The translations under genes were made by a program, and so were the position numbers. From the IMG/VR virus record IMGVR_UViG_3300032007_000009: a DNA stretch of 64,000 nt. One strand, 5' to 3'. The DNA comes from a virus. Taxonomy: Duplodnaviria > Caudoviricetes. This document shows positions 20,127 to 30,104 of this stretch, piece by piece (the first letter of the stretch is position 1; every line of letters starts with the position of its first letter). Below the pieces are notes generated by a model. That model worked only from the letters and a program-made list of their open reading frames with translations, did no database searches and was not told the origin of the DNA.

Positions 20127-20744
20127 ATGAAGATTAATGAATTAATTAAGGCAGTAACAAAGGATTATATGCCTATTAAGAAAAAGGTAATGGAAGCTCA
20201 AAGAGAAGGTCTTGAGTTATCAATTGAAGATGAGCAAACTTATTTTGAGTTAAATACAACTCTTGAACTTTATAAGGTTCTTAAAGGTATGTTCATGGAG
20301 GAAGCAACAAAGAATAAGGATATGATTAATGACCTTATTAAGAAGGGAATTCTCCATACTGAAATTAAGCAAGCTGAAAAGGATGGTAAGAAAATTGATG
20401 TAGAAGTTATTATGGAATCAATGGACTTCCGTATTGATAATGTTCCTGAAGATATTCAAAAGAGTATTTTAGAAAAGATGGTTAAGTCTCATAAGGAAAA
20501 TATAGAAAAGAATTATAAGAATAATCCAGAACTTTTACGAAAAGAATCATTTGAATTATATATCATTGAACAATTCTTACCTAAGGAAGCCACAAAAGAA
20601 GATATATTAAATTATCTTAATGAATATTACCCAAATGGAATTGAACAAAAGTCAATGGGTAAAGTAATTGGTGAAATAAAAAATGCATTTGAACGTGCAA
20701 ATGGTAAGCTTATTGCTGAATGTGTAAAATTAAAGATTAATTAA
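20127..20744 (+). CDS. GatB/YqeY domain protein
   Basis: ELYIIEQFLPKEAT...MGKVIGEIK...ANGKLIAECVK. Confidence 0.75.
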   Translation: MKINELIKAVTKDYMPIKKKVMEAQREGLELSIEDEQTYFELNTTLELYKVLKGMFMEEATKNKDMINDLIKKGILHTEIKQAEKDGKKIDVEVIMESMDFRIDNVPEDIQKSILEKMVKSHKENIEKNYKNNPELLRKESFELYIIEQFLPKEATKEDILNYLNEYYPNGIEQKSMGKVIGEIKNAFERANGKLIAECVKLKIN

Positions 20745-20745
20745 C

Positions 20746-20952
20746 ATGAAAGTATTTGATTTAATTTGTGAATTAACTCATTTTGATCCTTATTGTGAAG
20801 TATTAATTCAAGATAAATCTGGAGATTGTGAACCATTTACATTGAAAGATTTAGCATGGAATGGAACTTCTGATGATAATGATAAGATAAGAGATTCAAG
20901 ATATAAATCTACAGAATTATATATAACACTTGATAAAGAAATTGAAAGATGA
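20746..20952 (+). CDS. hypothetical protein
   Basis: MKVFDLICELTHFDPYCEV, typical small phage protein; coupled ORF. Confidence 0.7.
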   Translation: MKVFDLICELTHFDPYCEVLIQDKSGDCEPFTLKDLAWNGTSDDNDKIRDSRYKSTELYITLDKEIER

Positions 20953-21473
20953 GAATGTGGACAAATAATAACGCAAAGAATACTTTCGTTATCGACAAAT
21001 CAAATGGTTATCCAGTACAAATTACAACAAATGTAACTGAAAAGACTTCATGGTTAAATATTTTTACAGGACATGGTATTGAACAAATTAATCCTGAAGG
21101 TACTGGAGATATACAAGTAATTAATGGTAAAAATTATCATTGGGTTCCTCAAAAGTTTTATGATCGTGGTCCAGGTGGTGATTATTCTGATGAAGAATAT
21201 AAGAATGTATTTTTGAATCTTAGGTATCATGGTCATATTGAAGATTATGAATCATATTTACAAGTATTGAAAAGATATGAATATAAATATGATAATGATA
21301 AAGAACTTCGTGCACTTATTGCAGAATATATCAATTTGAAGAATCTTAAGTATACAAAATCATTCAAGAAGGTAACTTGGAAATATTGTATTCCTATGAT
21401 AGAATCAAATGATTTAGAAAAAAAGTTCTTAAAAATCGAAAATCAGTTAATTCATATTTTCAATAAGATTTAA
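20949..21473 (+). CDS. hypothetical protein
   Basis: ATGA overlap with upstream gene. Confidence 0.75.
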   Translation: MRMWTNNNAKNTFVIDKSNGYPVQITTNVTEKTSWLNIFTGHGIEQINPEGTGDIQVINGKNYHWVPQKFYDRGPGGDYSDEEYKNVFLNLRYHGHIEDYESYLQVLKRYEYKYDNDKELRALIAEYINLKNLKYTKSFKKVTWKYCIPMIESNDLEKKFLKIENQLIHIFNKI

Positions 21474-21503
21474 TATGAATAACACAAAGATACATATTAA
21501 AGT

Positions 21504-21534
21504 TATAGCTCAGGTACTTTGTATCTGGGCTATA
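21504..21534 (+). terminator. stem-loop, probable terminator
   Basis: tatagctcaggtac-ttt-gtatctgggctata. Confidence 0.55.
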
Positions 21535-21577
21535 TTTACATTGATTTATTTTATAATTGTAAAATTTATTTGGTAAT

Positions 21578-21949
21578 ATGACAAAAGATTTTAAATTTAA
21601 TCTTGATGATGTTGTATACTTTATTGGTGAAGGTAAAATCTATCAAGCAAAAATTTGTGAAGTAAGATTTGTTGCAAGATTTGAACAAACAAATAGTGGA
21701 AACTGCGGAATATATAATACATATAAACCAGTATTATATGAGGTTTATAGACTTTATACACATCATAAAAATGGAGATACAATAAATACTAATGCAACCC
21801 ATAAATATTATGATGGTGAATATTGTGGAACATCTTGGTTTACTATAGATGAATTGTTTGAAAGTGTTGAAGATGCATTAATACATTTAAGAAGCACAGT
21901 TAAGATGTTACCTAAATATCAAACATTAGAAGATATTAATAAATATTAA
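21578..21949 (+). CDS. hypothetical protein
   Basis: FKFNLDDVVYF start typical of phage SH3-like proteins. Confidence 0.7.
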   Translation: MTKDFKFNLDDVVYFIGEGKIYQAKICEVRFVARFEQTNSGNCGIYNTYKPVLYEVYRLYTHHKNGDTINTNATHKYYDGEYCGTSWFTIDELFESVEDALIHLRSTVKMLPKYQTLEDINKY

Positions 21950-22011
21950 CAATACATTATTAAATCTTCTAATTGTGTTTTTCTATATTTATATATAAAT
22001 AAGTATTAATT

Positions 22012-22821
22012 ATGTTAGATAGAGAAGAAGTTTTATCACAAGCAGTTAATGAATGTTATAGGGAAATGTTTGCTAAGGCACAACCTATGGCAGATTGGGA
22101 TGCTTTAAATGCAGAATATAAAGCAGGTAAGATTGATGAAGAGAAAGATGGACCTGTATATAATCGTCATTATCTTTCTTATGAAGAATATGTTTATATT
22201 ATAAATAAGTATCTTGATGCTTATCATATTGAATCTGATTGGGACGATTACATGGAGATACTTGAACAATATCTTACTTTAGGTGGAATAAAGGATAAGT
22301 ATATTAAAGGATATACTGATGAAAATGGTAATCATCACCCAGGAACTCGTGGTTATGAAAAGGTACCACCTTTGAAAGAACATATTAAAAAAGTATTATA
22401 TCCATTATTTGATACAGAAGTTGAACATGATTTAGCTGTAAAATATGTTACAGATAAAGTAATGGAATTAATTCATGACTGTAAGAATTATTATTCATTC
22501 AATATTGATGAACAAAAGTTCAGAAATACATTGGCTTTCGGTGCAACTCCAACATCAAATATGGAAATCGTTAAAAAATGGTGGAAAGACCATTATGATA
22601 TTGATGTTGAAATAGAAGAACGTAATCCTATGCTTCTTTGGGAAATGGATTATTATGGAGATAACTTCGAAGAAGTAATGGAAGAGGAATATGGAGAAAA
22701 CTGGAAGGAAATCTGGGATCAAAAATGGAAAGATAATGTTGCTAAAAAGAAAGCTGAAATAGAAGAACGTTTGAAAAAGATCCGAGAAGATTATAAAAAC
22801 TTAAAGGGGGATGAAGAATAA
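22012..22821 (+). CDS. hypothetical protein
   Basis: 269-aa ORF; CTATATTT upstream. Confidence 0.8.
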   Translation: MLDREEVLSQAVNECYREMFAKAQPMADWDALNAEYKAGKIDEEKDGPVYNRHYLSYEEYVYIINKYLDAYHIESDWDDYMEILEQYLTLGGIKDKYIKGYTDENGNHHPGTRGYEKVPPLKEHIKKVLYPLFDTEVEHDLAVKYVTDKVMELIHDCKNYYSFNIDEQKFRNTLAFGATPTSNMEIVKKWWKDHYDIDVEIEERNPMLLWEMDYYGDNFEEVMEEEYGENWKEIWDQKWKDNVAKKKAEIEERLKKIREDYKNLKGDEE

Positions 22822-22954
22822 TGGAATATATTTACCAATCAATGGAATAAATTATAATAAGTTAATTGATGAAATAGAAGCTAGAAAATGTGGGGTATTT
22901 TGTATGAATCCTTTTAGGAACATTATAATAAAACCAAATATAGATTTAATTTAA
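22811..22954 (+). CDS. small hypothetical protein (47 aa), not in ORF track
   Basis: MKNNGIYLPINGINYNKLIDEIEARKCG...; exactly fills the gap between neighbours. Confidence 0.5.
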   Translation: MKNNGIYLPINGINYNKLIDEIEARKCGVFCMNPFRNIIIKPNIDLI

Positions 22955-23272
22955 ATGGAACAAATAATTTCAAAAGATATTCTTTTAACAGCAGGATTTG
23001 AAGATATTACTTATGATTATGAAAAACAATTTCATAAAGAATATGATGATTTAGATGATTATGTTATATTAAGACGTTGTACTGATGATGTAGATAAAAA
23101 TCCTGGGAAAACATTGAAGCTTGATATTGATAATGGATTAACGAATAGTGGCCGTGCTTGGTATTTACATATTGATAATTGTGATTGTTGTTCAATTGGT
23201 TCGGCAGAAATTAATACAATTGAACAGTTTAATAAATTAATGGAAATATTTGAAAGTAAATTTAGATTATGA
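22955..23272 (+). CDS. hypothetical protein
   Basis: 105-aa coupled ORF. Confidence 0.75.
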   Translation: MEQIISKDILLTAGFEDITYDYEKQFHKEYDDLDDYVILRRCTDDVDKNPGKTLKLDIDNGLTNSGRAWYLHIDNCDCCSIGSAEINTIEQFNKLMEIFESKFRL

Positions 23273-23775
23273 AAAATATAATAGACATATTATCTGATAT
23301 ATATAATAGATTATATGATTGGAGTTGGCCCATTGGATTTTTTGGTTTTATTGGAATATTAGTTGCAACAGGAATTACTCATAATCAAAATATATTTATC
23401 ATAGGTTCAATTACATTAACTGTATTTTATGTATTTATATTTGGGTATATGTGGTTATATCCATTTGAATATCTTAGTGAAAGATTTACTTTATGGATTC
23501 ATTCGTTCAATAAATATAAGTTATCTAAAAATGAAGTTAAATTATGGAATAATATAATTCAAAAAGCACAAGTCGGATATAATGAATGGTGGGATATAAC
23601 AAAAGGAAATGATATGTGTGGTCCTTGGATTAAAGATTATACAGAAGAAGAAAATAACTTATTAGATAAAATACATAAATATTTTTATGGAGATGGATGG
23701 TATGTTTCTATGCCGATAAGTTGTGCTCAAGTAAATTATGTTATGTATGAAGATATAAAAAATAAAGTCAAATAA
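23269..23775 (+). CDS. membrane protein with two TM helices
   Basis: two hydrophobic segments in the N-terminal half. Confidence 0.75.
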   Translation: MKNIIDILSDIYNRLYDWSWPIGFFGFIGILVATGITHNQNIFIIGSITLTVFYVFIFGYMWLYPFEYLSERFTLWIHSFNKYKLSKNEVKLWNNIIQKAQVGYNEWWDITKGNDMCGPWIKDYTEEENNLLDKIHKYFYGDGWYVSMPISCAQVNYVMYEDIKNKVK

Positions 23776-23777
23776 TT

Positions 23778-24638
23778 ATGGCGACAAAAGAAGAACTTAT
23801 TGATAATATACAATGTTGGGTATTCAATTTTAATAATTATTGGGAAGACCCAGTAACTGAAAGTGAATTTGTTAAAAACACATATGAAACATGCGATTTA
23901 ATAATTGCTTATTGTAATATCATTAAAGCTAAACAAAAGAAACTTGGTAAAAAATATGATGAGCATCCTAAAGATGTACAAGAAGCTATATCAAAAATTA
24001 TATCATTAGTTTCAGATGGTCGTGATTTATGGCATAAAGTAAAATATTGTAAAATTGGCGGTAATATATTTGATCTATTAGAAATAGGTAAGCATATAGA
24101 ACCAAGAGAATATGATCATCATGTAAATGAAACTGGATATCTTGATTTTGAAGATAAACCAATGGTAAGATGTCAACAGATTATTGATGATTGTGAAGAA
24201 TTAAAAGAAGTATTGAATTCTGAAAAGGAAACAAAAAACTTTAAAAAATTTGTTGGGAAGATTCTTTATTGGGAAAATTATGAATCTGGTTCTGCTGCAA
24301 TAAAAATTGATAAAATCAATAAAAACAAAAAAGGAGAATTTACTTTTGATGGTATATTGATTACTTATGAAACAGTTAATGGGCATTGTGATGGTGATGG
24401 CTTTATAATGACTGAAGTAGAAGATTTAAAGTTTAGTGAAATTCCTTATTGCTATTGTGAATGGGATACTGAAGAAGATGCGTATGAATCTTTAAGTGGA
24501 GCAGAAGAAAAAACAATAAAAGACATATATACAGATTTAAAGTCAATATCAATGAATTTAGTTGAACAGTATTTTTCTTGTAGAATATATGATCCTAAAG
24601 AGGAAGAAGTAGAAGAATACGATGAAGACGAAGAATAG
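23778..24638 (+). CDS. hypothetical acidic protein
   Basis: 286 aa ending in TAG. Confidence 0.8.
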   Translation: MATKEELIDNIQCWVFNFNNYWEDPVTESEFVKNTYETCDLIIAYCNIIKAKQKKLGKKYDEHPKDVQEAISKIISLVSDGRDLWHKVKYCKIGGNIFDLLEIGKHIEPREYDHHVNETGYLDFEDKPMVRCQQIIDDCEELKEVLNSEKETKNFKKFVGKILYWENYESGSAAIKIDKINKNKKGEFTFDGILITYETVNGHCDGDGFIMTEVEDLKFSEIPYCYCEWDTEEDAYESLSGAEEKTIKDIYTDLKSISMNLVEQYFSCRIYDPKEEEVEEYDEDEE

Positions 24639-24661
24639 TATTTATTTTTAAATAAATAAAC

Positions 24662-25003
24662 ATGAATACTGATATGCAATCAATTGTTGATTTTATTTTA
24701 AGAGAAGAAGCTATTAAAGAAGAACTTTATATTAAGCAAACAATAATGGAAACAAAAGGTGATCCTATTGATGAACAATGGCTTAATGATGAAAAACCTG
24801 TAATGACAAAAGATGGTCGTCAAGTAATTATTACAGAAATTGATATGAAAGAAGTACCCAATATTATTCATGGTCAAGTAAAAATGAAAACAAAATTATT
24901 TGATTATGAATGGTTAGATGATGGTACATGTCAAAAAGCACTTGACCAATTAGGTAATCCAAAGAAACCTGAAGAAGCAGATAATTTAGTAAAAGCAATT
25001 TAA
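24662..25003 (+). CDS. hypothetical protein, possible tagged internal protein
   Basis: MQSIVDFILRE near N-term; TTTATTTTTA upstream; PVMTKDGRQV motif. Confidence 0.7.
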   Translation: MNTDMQSIVDFILREEAIKEELYIKQTIMETKGDPIDEQWLNDEKPVMTKDGRQVIITEIDMKEVPNIIHGQVKMKTKLFDYEWLDDGTCQKALDQLGNPKKPEEADNLVKAI

Positions 25004-25123
25004 AAAAATTAAAAAATTTTTAAAAAATTAAATATCAAATATCTATATATAATTATATAATATTAATTAACTTAATGTTTAATCCGAGTCATATGTCATT
25101 GACTCATAAAAACCAAATATATA

Positions 25124-26212
25124 ATGACAAATAATACAAATAAACAACGCTTACTTACAAACGCAGACATTAATGGTGATGTAGATTTTCCAATGTTTAA
25201 AACTGAAAAGGAAAGAATTAAGTATATTACAAAAGCTTATGGAAATATGTCACTTGCGAAAGCATTTTCTATTTATTATGGAGTAGATATTGCGCCTGAA
25301 GTTAAGCAAAATAAATCTATTAATAATGTAGTAACAATTGAACTAGGACAGATTTATTCAGGTTTTGTTAAATCATTTGATAAGAACGGAATAGTATTTG
25401 AACTTCCTGGTGTAAAAGATGAAATTATTTCTAAGGAGAATTTTAATGATTGTGCTACAGAAATTAATACTTATTTACTTTCTCATAACAATAAACTTAT
25501 GTTTGAGGTACGTGAGCATAAGAATAATCGTTATGTAGTTTCTGTTATTAATGCGTACTATAAGAATTGGTTCAATACTATATCTAAGGCTATTCAATAT
25601 GAGCAAGGAATTAAGGTTCATATCGATAGTTTGGTTAAGGGAGGATATCTTTGTCATACTGATATTACTCCTATCTGTCAGTTAACTGGTAAGAAGTATA
25701 CCCATTCTGTGTTTATTCCAGGTTCTCATATTGTATTGAATATTGAACGTGATTTTGAACAATGGATTGGTCGTGAGGTAATGATTGTACCGCAGAAGTT
25801 TGTAGAATTCCGTCGTGATTATAAAACAGGAATGACAGAGAATTCTTTAGTTGGATCTCGTAAGAAGGTTCTTCAGATTTATGGAATGAATAATATCCAT
25901 GAAATCTATAATAAGTGGGCTCTTGCTAAGGCTAATGAAAATGTAACATATGTACCTGAAATCTTTGATGGTGTTGTAACTGGTATTATAAATTCAAATA
26001 ATAAGACAGGTATTTTCATTGAACTTAATGATAAATATATAACTGGTCTTATGCCTATAGATGCATCAGATCTTTTGGATTATAAACCAGGAGATAATGT
26101 AAAAGTTAAAATATCTGAATTTGAAGTTCAGGAAGGAAAAGATCCATTTATTTATAGTAAGAAGGGGATACTTCTTAAGAGTAATGTTCGTCCTGTTTTT
26201 GAACTTGCATAA
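25124..26212 (+). CDS. ribosomal protein bS1-like multi-S1-domain RNA-binding protein
   Basis: three OB/S1-like repeats: LGQIYSGFVKS; KGGYL..VFIPGSHI; GVVTGI..GIFIEL..TGLMP..YKPGDNVKVKI. Confidence 0.7.
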   Translation: MTNNTNKQRLLTNADINGDVDFPMFKTEKERIKYITKAYGNMSLAKAFSIYYGVDIAPEVKQNKSINNVVTIELGQIYSGFVKSFDKNGIVFELPGVKDEIISKENFNDCATEINTYLLSHNNKLMFEVREHKNNRYVVSVINAYYKNWFNTISKAIQYEQGIKVHIDSLVKGGYLCHTDITPICQLTGKKYTHSVFIPGSHIVLNIERDFEQWIGREVMIVPQKFVEFRRDYKTGMTENSLVGSRKKVLQIYGMNNIHEIYNKWALAKANENVTYVPEIFDGVVTGIINSNNKTGIFIELNDKYITGLMPIDASDLLDYKPGDNVKVKISEFEVQEGKDPFIYSKKGILLKSNVRPVFELA

Positions 26213-26227
26213 TATATATTATAATTT

Positions 26228-26350
26228 ATGACATTTGAAGATTGGAAAGAAAAAAAGAGAAAAGAAAATACTAGTGGTTATAGTATGTGGGTAAAAATAC
26301 CTGATGAATATTTACGTAGTTGTAATGAAAGTTGGGATCGTCCTTATTAA
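26228..26350 (+). CDS. small hypothetical protein (40 aa), not in ORF track
   Basis: MTFEDWKEKKRKENTSGYSMWVKIPDEYLRSCNESWDRPY; ends just before a terminator. Confidence 0.55.
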   Translation: MTFEDWKEKKRKENTSGYSMWVKIPDEYLRSCNESWDRPY

Positions 26351-26353
26351 CAT

Positions 26354-26386
26354 AAAAACCTGAGATTCTAGAATCTCAGGTTTTTT
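26354..26386 (+). terminator. intrinsic terminator (perfect palindrome)
   Basis: aaaaacctgagattctagaatctcaggtttttt. Confidence 0.8.
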
Positions 26387-26470
26387 ATTTATTATTAAAT
26401 TTCATATAATATTATTGAAATTTTTAAAATTTATACTATATTTAAATATCAAACAAATAAATTTATAAAT

Positions 26471-26716
26471 ATGAAATTTAAAGACGTTCAAATTATTAAA
26501 AGGGGCGGTTTTTTTAGTTCTTTTAAAATAATTGCATCTTATCATGATTATTTTGATGAACAAGAAGAAATAATTAATAAGATTACTATTTTTCCACCAC
26601 ATAATGGTGATATTATTTGTATTAATGATAAAAATAAACATATAAAAAATTATCTTAAAGTTTCTTATTGTACTATTGATTATATTGAAAATAAATTAAC
26701 TATTTGGTGTCGTTAA
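26471..26716 (+). CDS. hypothetical protein
   Basis: 81 aa; TTGAAA..CTATATTT upstream. Confidence 0.65.
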   Translation: MKFKDVQIIKRGGFFSSFKIIASYHDYFDEQEEIINKITIFPPHNGDIICINDKNKHIKNYLKVSYCTIDYIENKLTIWCR

Positions 26717-26717
26717 T

Positions 26718-26972
26718 ATGCATCCAAAATTAAAGAAATATTTAGACAAACATCCTGTTGTTGAAATTTATAGAGGGTATGAAATTCGTCAAGAGGAAGG
26801 ACACTGTTATATTGTTGATGCTGCATTTGCAATATATTCTACAACATCAACAAGTCTTAAAGCATGTTATGAATTCATTGATGAATTAGTAAATGCTAAT
26901 GTAAAACAATATGATAATGAATCGGTTTGTAGATATCTTATAGATAGAGATAATAAAAAACGTAAATATTAA
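26718..26972 (+). CDS. hypothetical protein
   Basis: 84-aa coupled ORF. Confidence 0.7.
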   Translation: MHPKLKKYLDKHPVVEIYRGYEIRQEEGHCYIVDAAFAIYSTTSTSLKACYEFIDELVNANVKQYDNESVCRYLIDRDNKKRKY

Positions 26973-26976
26973 TAAT

Positions 26977-27834
26977 ATGTGTGAAGTAGGTATCAATTTT
27001 AAAAACATTAATTTGTATAATGCTGAAATGCAAAAGGGTATGGAAGATAAACTATTTTTTATTGAACGACTACCTAAGAATCAAAATTATATGTTCGTTG
27101 ATTTTGGTTGTGCTGATGGTAGTATGATTAATGCATTGGCATCTATTTATAAGGATAACCCCAATAATGTTTATATTGGTTATGATATCTCTGATGAAAT
27201 GATTAAATTATCAAAATCTAATTATCATGGACCAATATATGCCAAAGTTAAATTTACAACTAATTGGGATGATTGTAGGAAAAATGGAAGTAATTTATTT
27301 GTAAACCGTAAGAAGGTACTTATTTTATCGTCTGTGATTCACGAAGTTTATTCTTATGCAAAAGATGAGAATGATATTGTAGATTTTTGGAATAAGGTAA
27401 CTTCAGATTTTGATTACATTATTATACGAGACATGTGTCCTTCTAAGGATATTAATAGAGATGCTCGTAAAAGTTTGACAAATGCAATTGAAACAAGTTT
27501 AAAAGTAACAAATTATCAACTTAAAGATTTTTCAGAAATATGGGGTACATTTACAAATAATAAAAATGCCATTCATTTCCTACTTAAGTATCGTTGGCAA
27601 GTAAACTGGGATCGTGAGGTACATGAAAATTACTTCCCTATTTATGTTGAGGATTTAATTAAGAAAATTACTGATAAAGAGTTTTATAAAATTGATTATC
27701 TTGAAAGATTTAGAGTTCCATTTCTTGATAATTGTATCAAAGAAGATTTTGGAATTGAACTAGAGGATTATACACATATTAAAGCAATCTTTTCGAAGAA
27801 ACAACTTGCACCTGCTGATGATTATAATGATTAA
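26977..27834 (+). CDS. class I SAM-dependent methyltransferase
   Basis: FVDFGCADG, IGYDISDEMI, LSSVIHEV. Confidence 0.8.
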   Translation: MCEVGINFKNINLYNAEMQKGMEDKLFFIERLPKNQNYMFVDFGCADGSMINALASIYKDNPNNVYIGYDISDEMIKLSKSNYHGPIYAKVKFTTNWDDCRKNGSNLFVNRKKVLILSSVIHEVYSYAKDENDIVDFWNKVTSDFDYIIIRDMCPSKDINRDARKSLTNAIETSLKVTNYQLKDFSEIWGTFTNNKNAIHFLLKYRWQVNWDREVHENYFPIYVEDLIKKITDKEFYKIDYLERFRVPFLDNCIKEDFGIELEDYTHIKAIFSKKQLAPADDYND

Positions 27835-27854
27835 TTTAATAAATATTTTAATTT

Positions 27855-28196
27855 ATGGAGTTGAAGATAACACATAAGGAACTTAAACATTTTTATAGAA
27901 TCATAGAAATACAGGTATTTTATCATAAACGTAATGGTAAAATGATAGCATGTAAACCAACTATCGAGTATAAACGCGAAGTATTTGATTCTTTTGATAA
28001 AGCAGAAAATTATCTTATAGAACATTATGGGTATAATTCTTGGGTCAAGGTAAACGAAACCAGTGATTCTTATAGTTCTAAACCTTATTATGAAATAATT
28101 AACGGATATTCATGTATTCTTAGATACAAAAATAGTAATAATTATAGAATTTGTTCATATAGTATTGTTGATTATTATGAAGATATTTTAGAATAA
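27855..28196 (+). CDS. hypothetical protein
   Basis: 113-aa ORF. Confidence 0.7.
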   Translation: MELKITHKELKHFYRIIEIQVFYHKRNGKMIACKPTIEYKREVFDSFDKAENYLIEHYGYNSWVKVNETSDSYSSKPYYEIINGYSCILRYKNSNNYRICSYSIVDYYEDILE

Positions 28197-28212
28197 TTAA
28201 TATTTAAAAATT

Positions 28213-28689
28213 ATGATAATTGGAAATTTTGCACTTAAAACTGTACCTAATGGTAGAATAGGTAGTACAGGTAGACCATTACATGATTATGTTTTGGTTC
28301 ATAATGAATTTGAAAAATATTGTGAATATGAATCAAAATATTATTTTATTGAAGCTCCTCAAAAAGAGAATGGAATCTATAGAATAGTATGTGGGTATGT
28401 AAGTTTTAGTTCTGAACTTGGAAATATTGGTGTTACTGGAGAATATATAAAAAATAAAAGATATACTTCAAAATGGCTTCAAAATTTTGTTCCATATTAT
28501 GGAGATAAAATTTCCAATAATTATTTTAAAGTTGATTGGAAAAATAATGTAGCTATATTTGAAACATTAAATGAAGCTCAGGAAGTATGTAATTTATTTA
28601 ATAAACAACTTAAAGAAAAAAGAAAAGCTGATAAACACAAAAAAGATTTAGCGGAATATGAACGTCTAAAAAATAAACTTGGATTGTAA
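28213..28689 (+). CDS. hypothetical protein
   Basis: 158-aa ORF. Confidence 0.7.
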   Translation: MIIGNFALKTVPNGRIGSTGRPLHDYVLVHNEFEKYCEYESKYYFIEAPQKENGIYRIVCGYVSFSSELGNIGVTGEYIKNKRYTSKWLQNFVPYYGDKISNNYFKVDWKNNVAIFETLNEAQEVCNLFNKQLKEKRKADKHKKDLAEYERLKNKLGL

Positions 28690-28701
28690 AATATTTTTTC
28701 T

Positions 28702-28736
28702 ATAATATTTAAATAGTTATTAGAAATTACTATATT
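28702..28736 (+). promoter_or_regulatory. bipartite promoter candidate upstream of mdh
   Basis: ATAATATTTAAA-N16-CTATATT. Confidence 0.6.
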
Positions 28737-28768
28737 ATATAACATAATTATTATTAATAAATAAAAAT

Positions 28769-29695
28769 ATGAAGGTATCAATTATTGGAGCAGGTAACGT
28801 CGGAGCAACCGCAGCAATGAAAATCGCAGCCGAAAATTTTGTAAATGAAGTAGTTTTGCTTGATATCAAGGAAGGTGTTGCAGAGGGCAAGACCATGGAT
28901 ATTATGCAGTCATTGATGATGACTGATTCCAATACAATCGTTATCGGAACCACAGGCGATTATTCAAAGACTGCAAATTCAGATGTTATTGTTATTACTT
29001 CAGGTGTTCCTCGTAAGCCGGGTATGACACGAGAGGAGCTTGTTGGTGTCAACTCAAAGGTAATGACAATGGTTCTTGATGGTGCAACTAAGTATTCTCC
29101 TGATGCAATTTTCGTAGTTGTTTCAAATCCTATGGATACAATGACTATGATGACTGTCAATTATCTTGGTAATGAGAATTGGCGTAAGGTTATCGGTATG
29201 GGTGGTATGTTAGACTCAGCTCGATTTGAATATAATATCCGTATGAAACTCTATGCCCATTATGGATTTGGTAAATATGATATTGGTGCAAAGGTAATTG
29301 GTGGTCATGGCGATACTACAATGGTTCCTCTTGTTGAGAAGGCAACTGTTAATGGTAAACCTCTTACAAGTTTCTTTACTGATGAGGAGATTGCCGATAT
29401 TGCTGAGAAGACAATGAAGGGTGGAGCTATTCTTACAAAGATGCTTGGGACATCTGCTTGGGAAGCTCCTGCACAGGGTATCTGTGAAACAGTAAAGATG
29501 ATTGTATTTGATAAGAATATTCTTGTTGCTTCTTCGGTTTACCGTGAGGAATATGACCTCTGTATTGGTTCTTTGGTTAAAATTGGAAAGGATGGTATTA
29601 ATAATGTATTTATTCCTGTTGAACTTTCAGATGAAACAAAAAATAAGTATAACGCATCCGTTGAAGCTGTTAGGAATGTAAATTCCGCACTTTAA
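28769..29695 (+). CDS. mdh: malate dehydrogenase (LDH-like)
   Basis: GAGNVG, TSGVPRKPGMTREEL, VSNPMD, LDSARF, GGHGD. Confidence 0.95.
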   Translation: MKVSIIGAGNVGATAAMKIAAENFVNEVVLLDIKEGVAEGKTMDIMQSLMMTDSNTIVIGTTGDYSKTANSDVIVITSGVPRKPGMTREELVGVNSKVMTMVLDGATKYSPDAIFVVVSNPMDTMTMMTVNYLGNENWRKVIGMGGMLDSARFEYNIRMKLYAHYGFGKYDIGAKVIGGHGDTTMVPLVEKATVNGKPLTSFFTDEEIADIAEKTMKGGAILTKMLGTSAWEAPAQGICETVKMIVFDKNILVASSVYREEYDLCIGSLVKIGKDGINNVFIPVELSDETKNKYNASVEAVRNVNSAL

Positions 29696-29717
29696 CACAG
29701 TTTTATTGATTACACTG

Positions 29718-29753
29718 AAGCAGGGGCGTTGTGAAACACTCCTGCTTATTTTT
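29718..29753 (+). terminator. terminator after mdh, GNRA (GUGA) loop
   Basis: aagcaggggcgtt-gtga-aacactcctgctt then atttttt. Confidence 0.7.
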
Positions 29754-29768
29754 AAATTATATAATAAT

Positions 29769-30059
29769 ATGAATCAAATTATATTAGAACAAACTTGTGA
29801 AGTATGTCCAGAACAATATTGGGCATATAAAGGAAAACATCGAATTGGTTATATCAGATTGAGATGGGGTCATTTTACATGTCATTATTTACCGACAGAA
29901 AATTTATCAGATAATGATATTAAATTAGTTGACCACATATTTGAAAATGACGAATATAAAGGATGTTTTGATAATGATGAAGAGAGAAATTATTGGTTGG
30001 AGAAATCCAAACAAGAATTACTTAATTACTATAACAAAAATAAATATATTACATTTTAA
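29769..30059 (+). CDS. hypothetical protein (start reassigned to ATG 29769)
   Basis: QTCEVCPEQY...GYIRLRWG; the track start lies upstream of the terminator hairpin. Confidence 0.7.
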   Translation: MNQIILEQTCEVCPEQYWAYKGKHRIGYIRLRWGHFTCHYLPTENLSDNDIKLVDHIFENDEYKGCFDNDEERNYWLEKSKQELLNYYNKNKYITF

Positions 30060-30104
30060 TTGTAATGTAAGACATTTACAAATAAATAATTAAAATTTTA
30101 AGTT

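Noticed and set aside
28769-29695. Host chromosome contamination around mdh or ompA
   Set aside because: Both are flanked by phage genes and carry promoter motifs of the same type as neighbouring phage genes.
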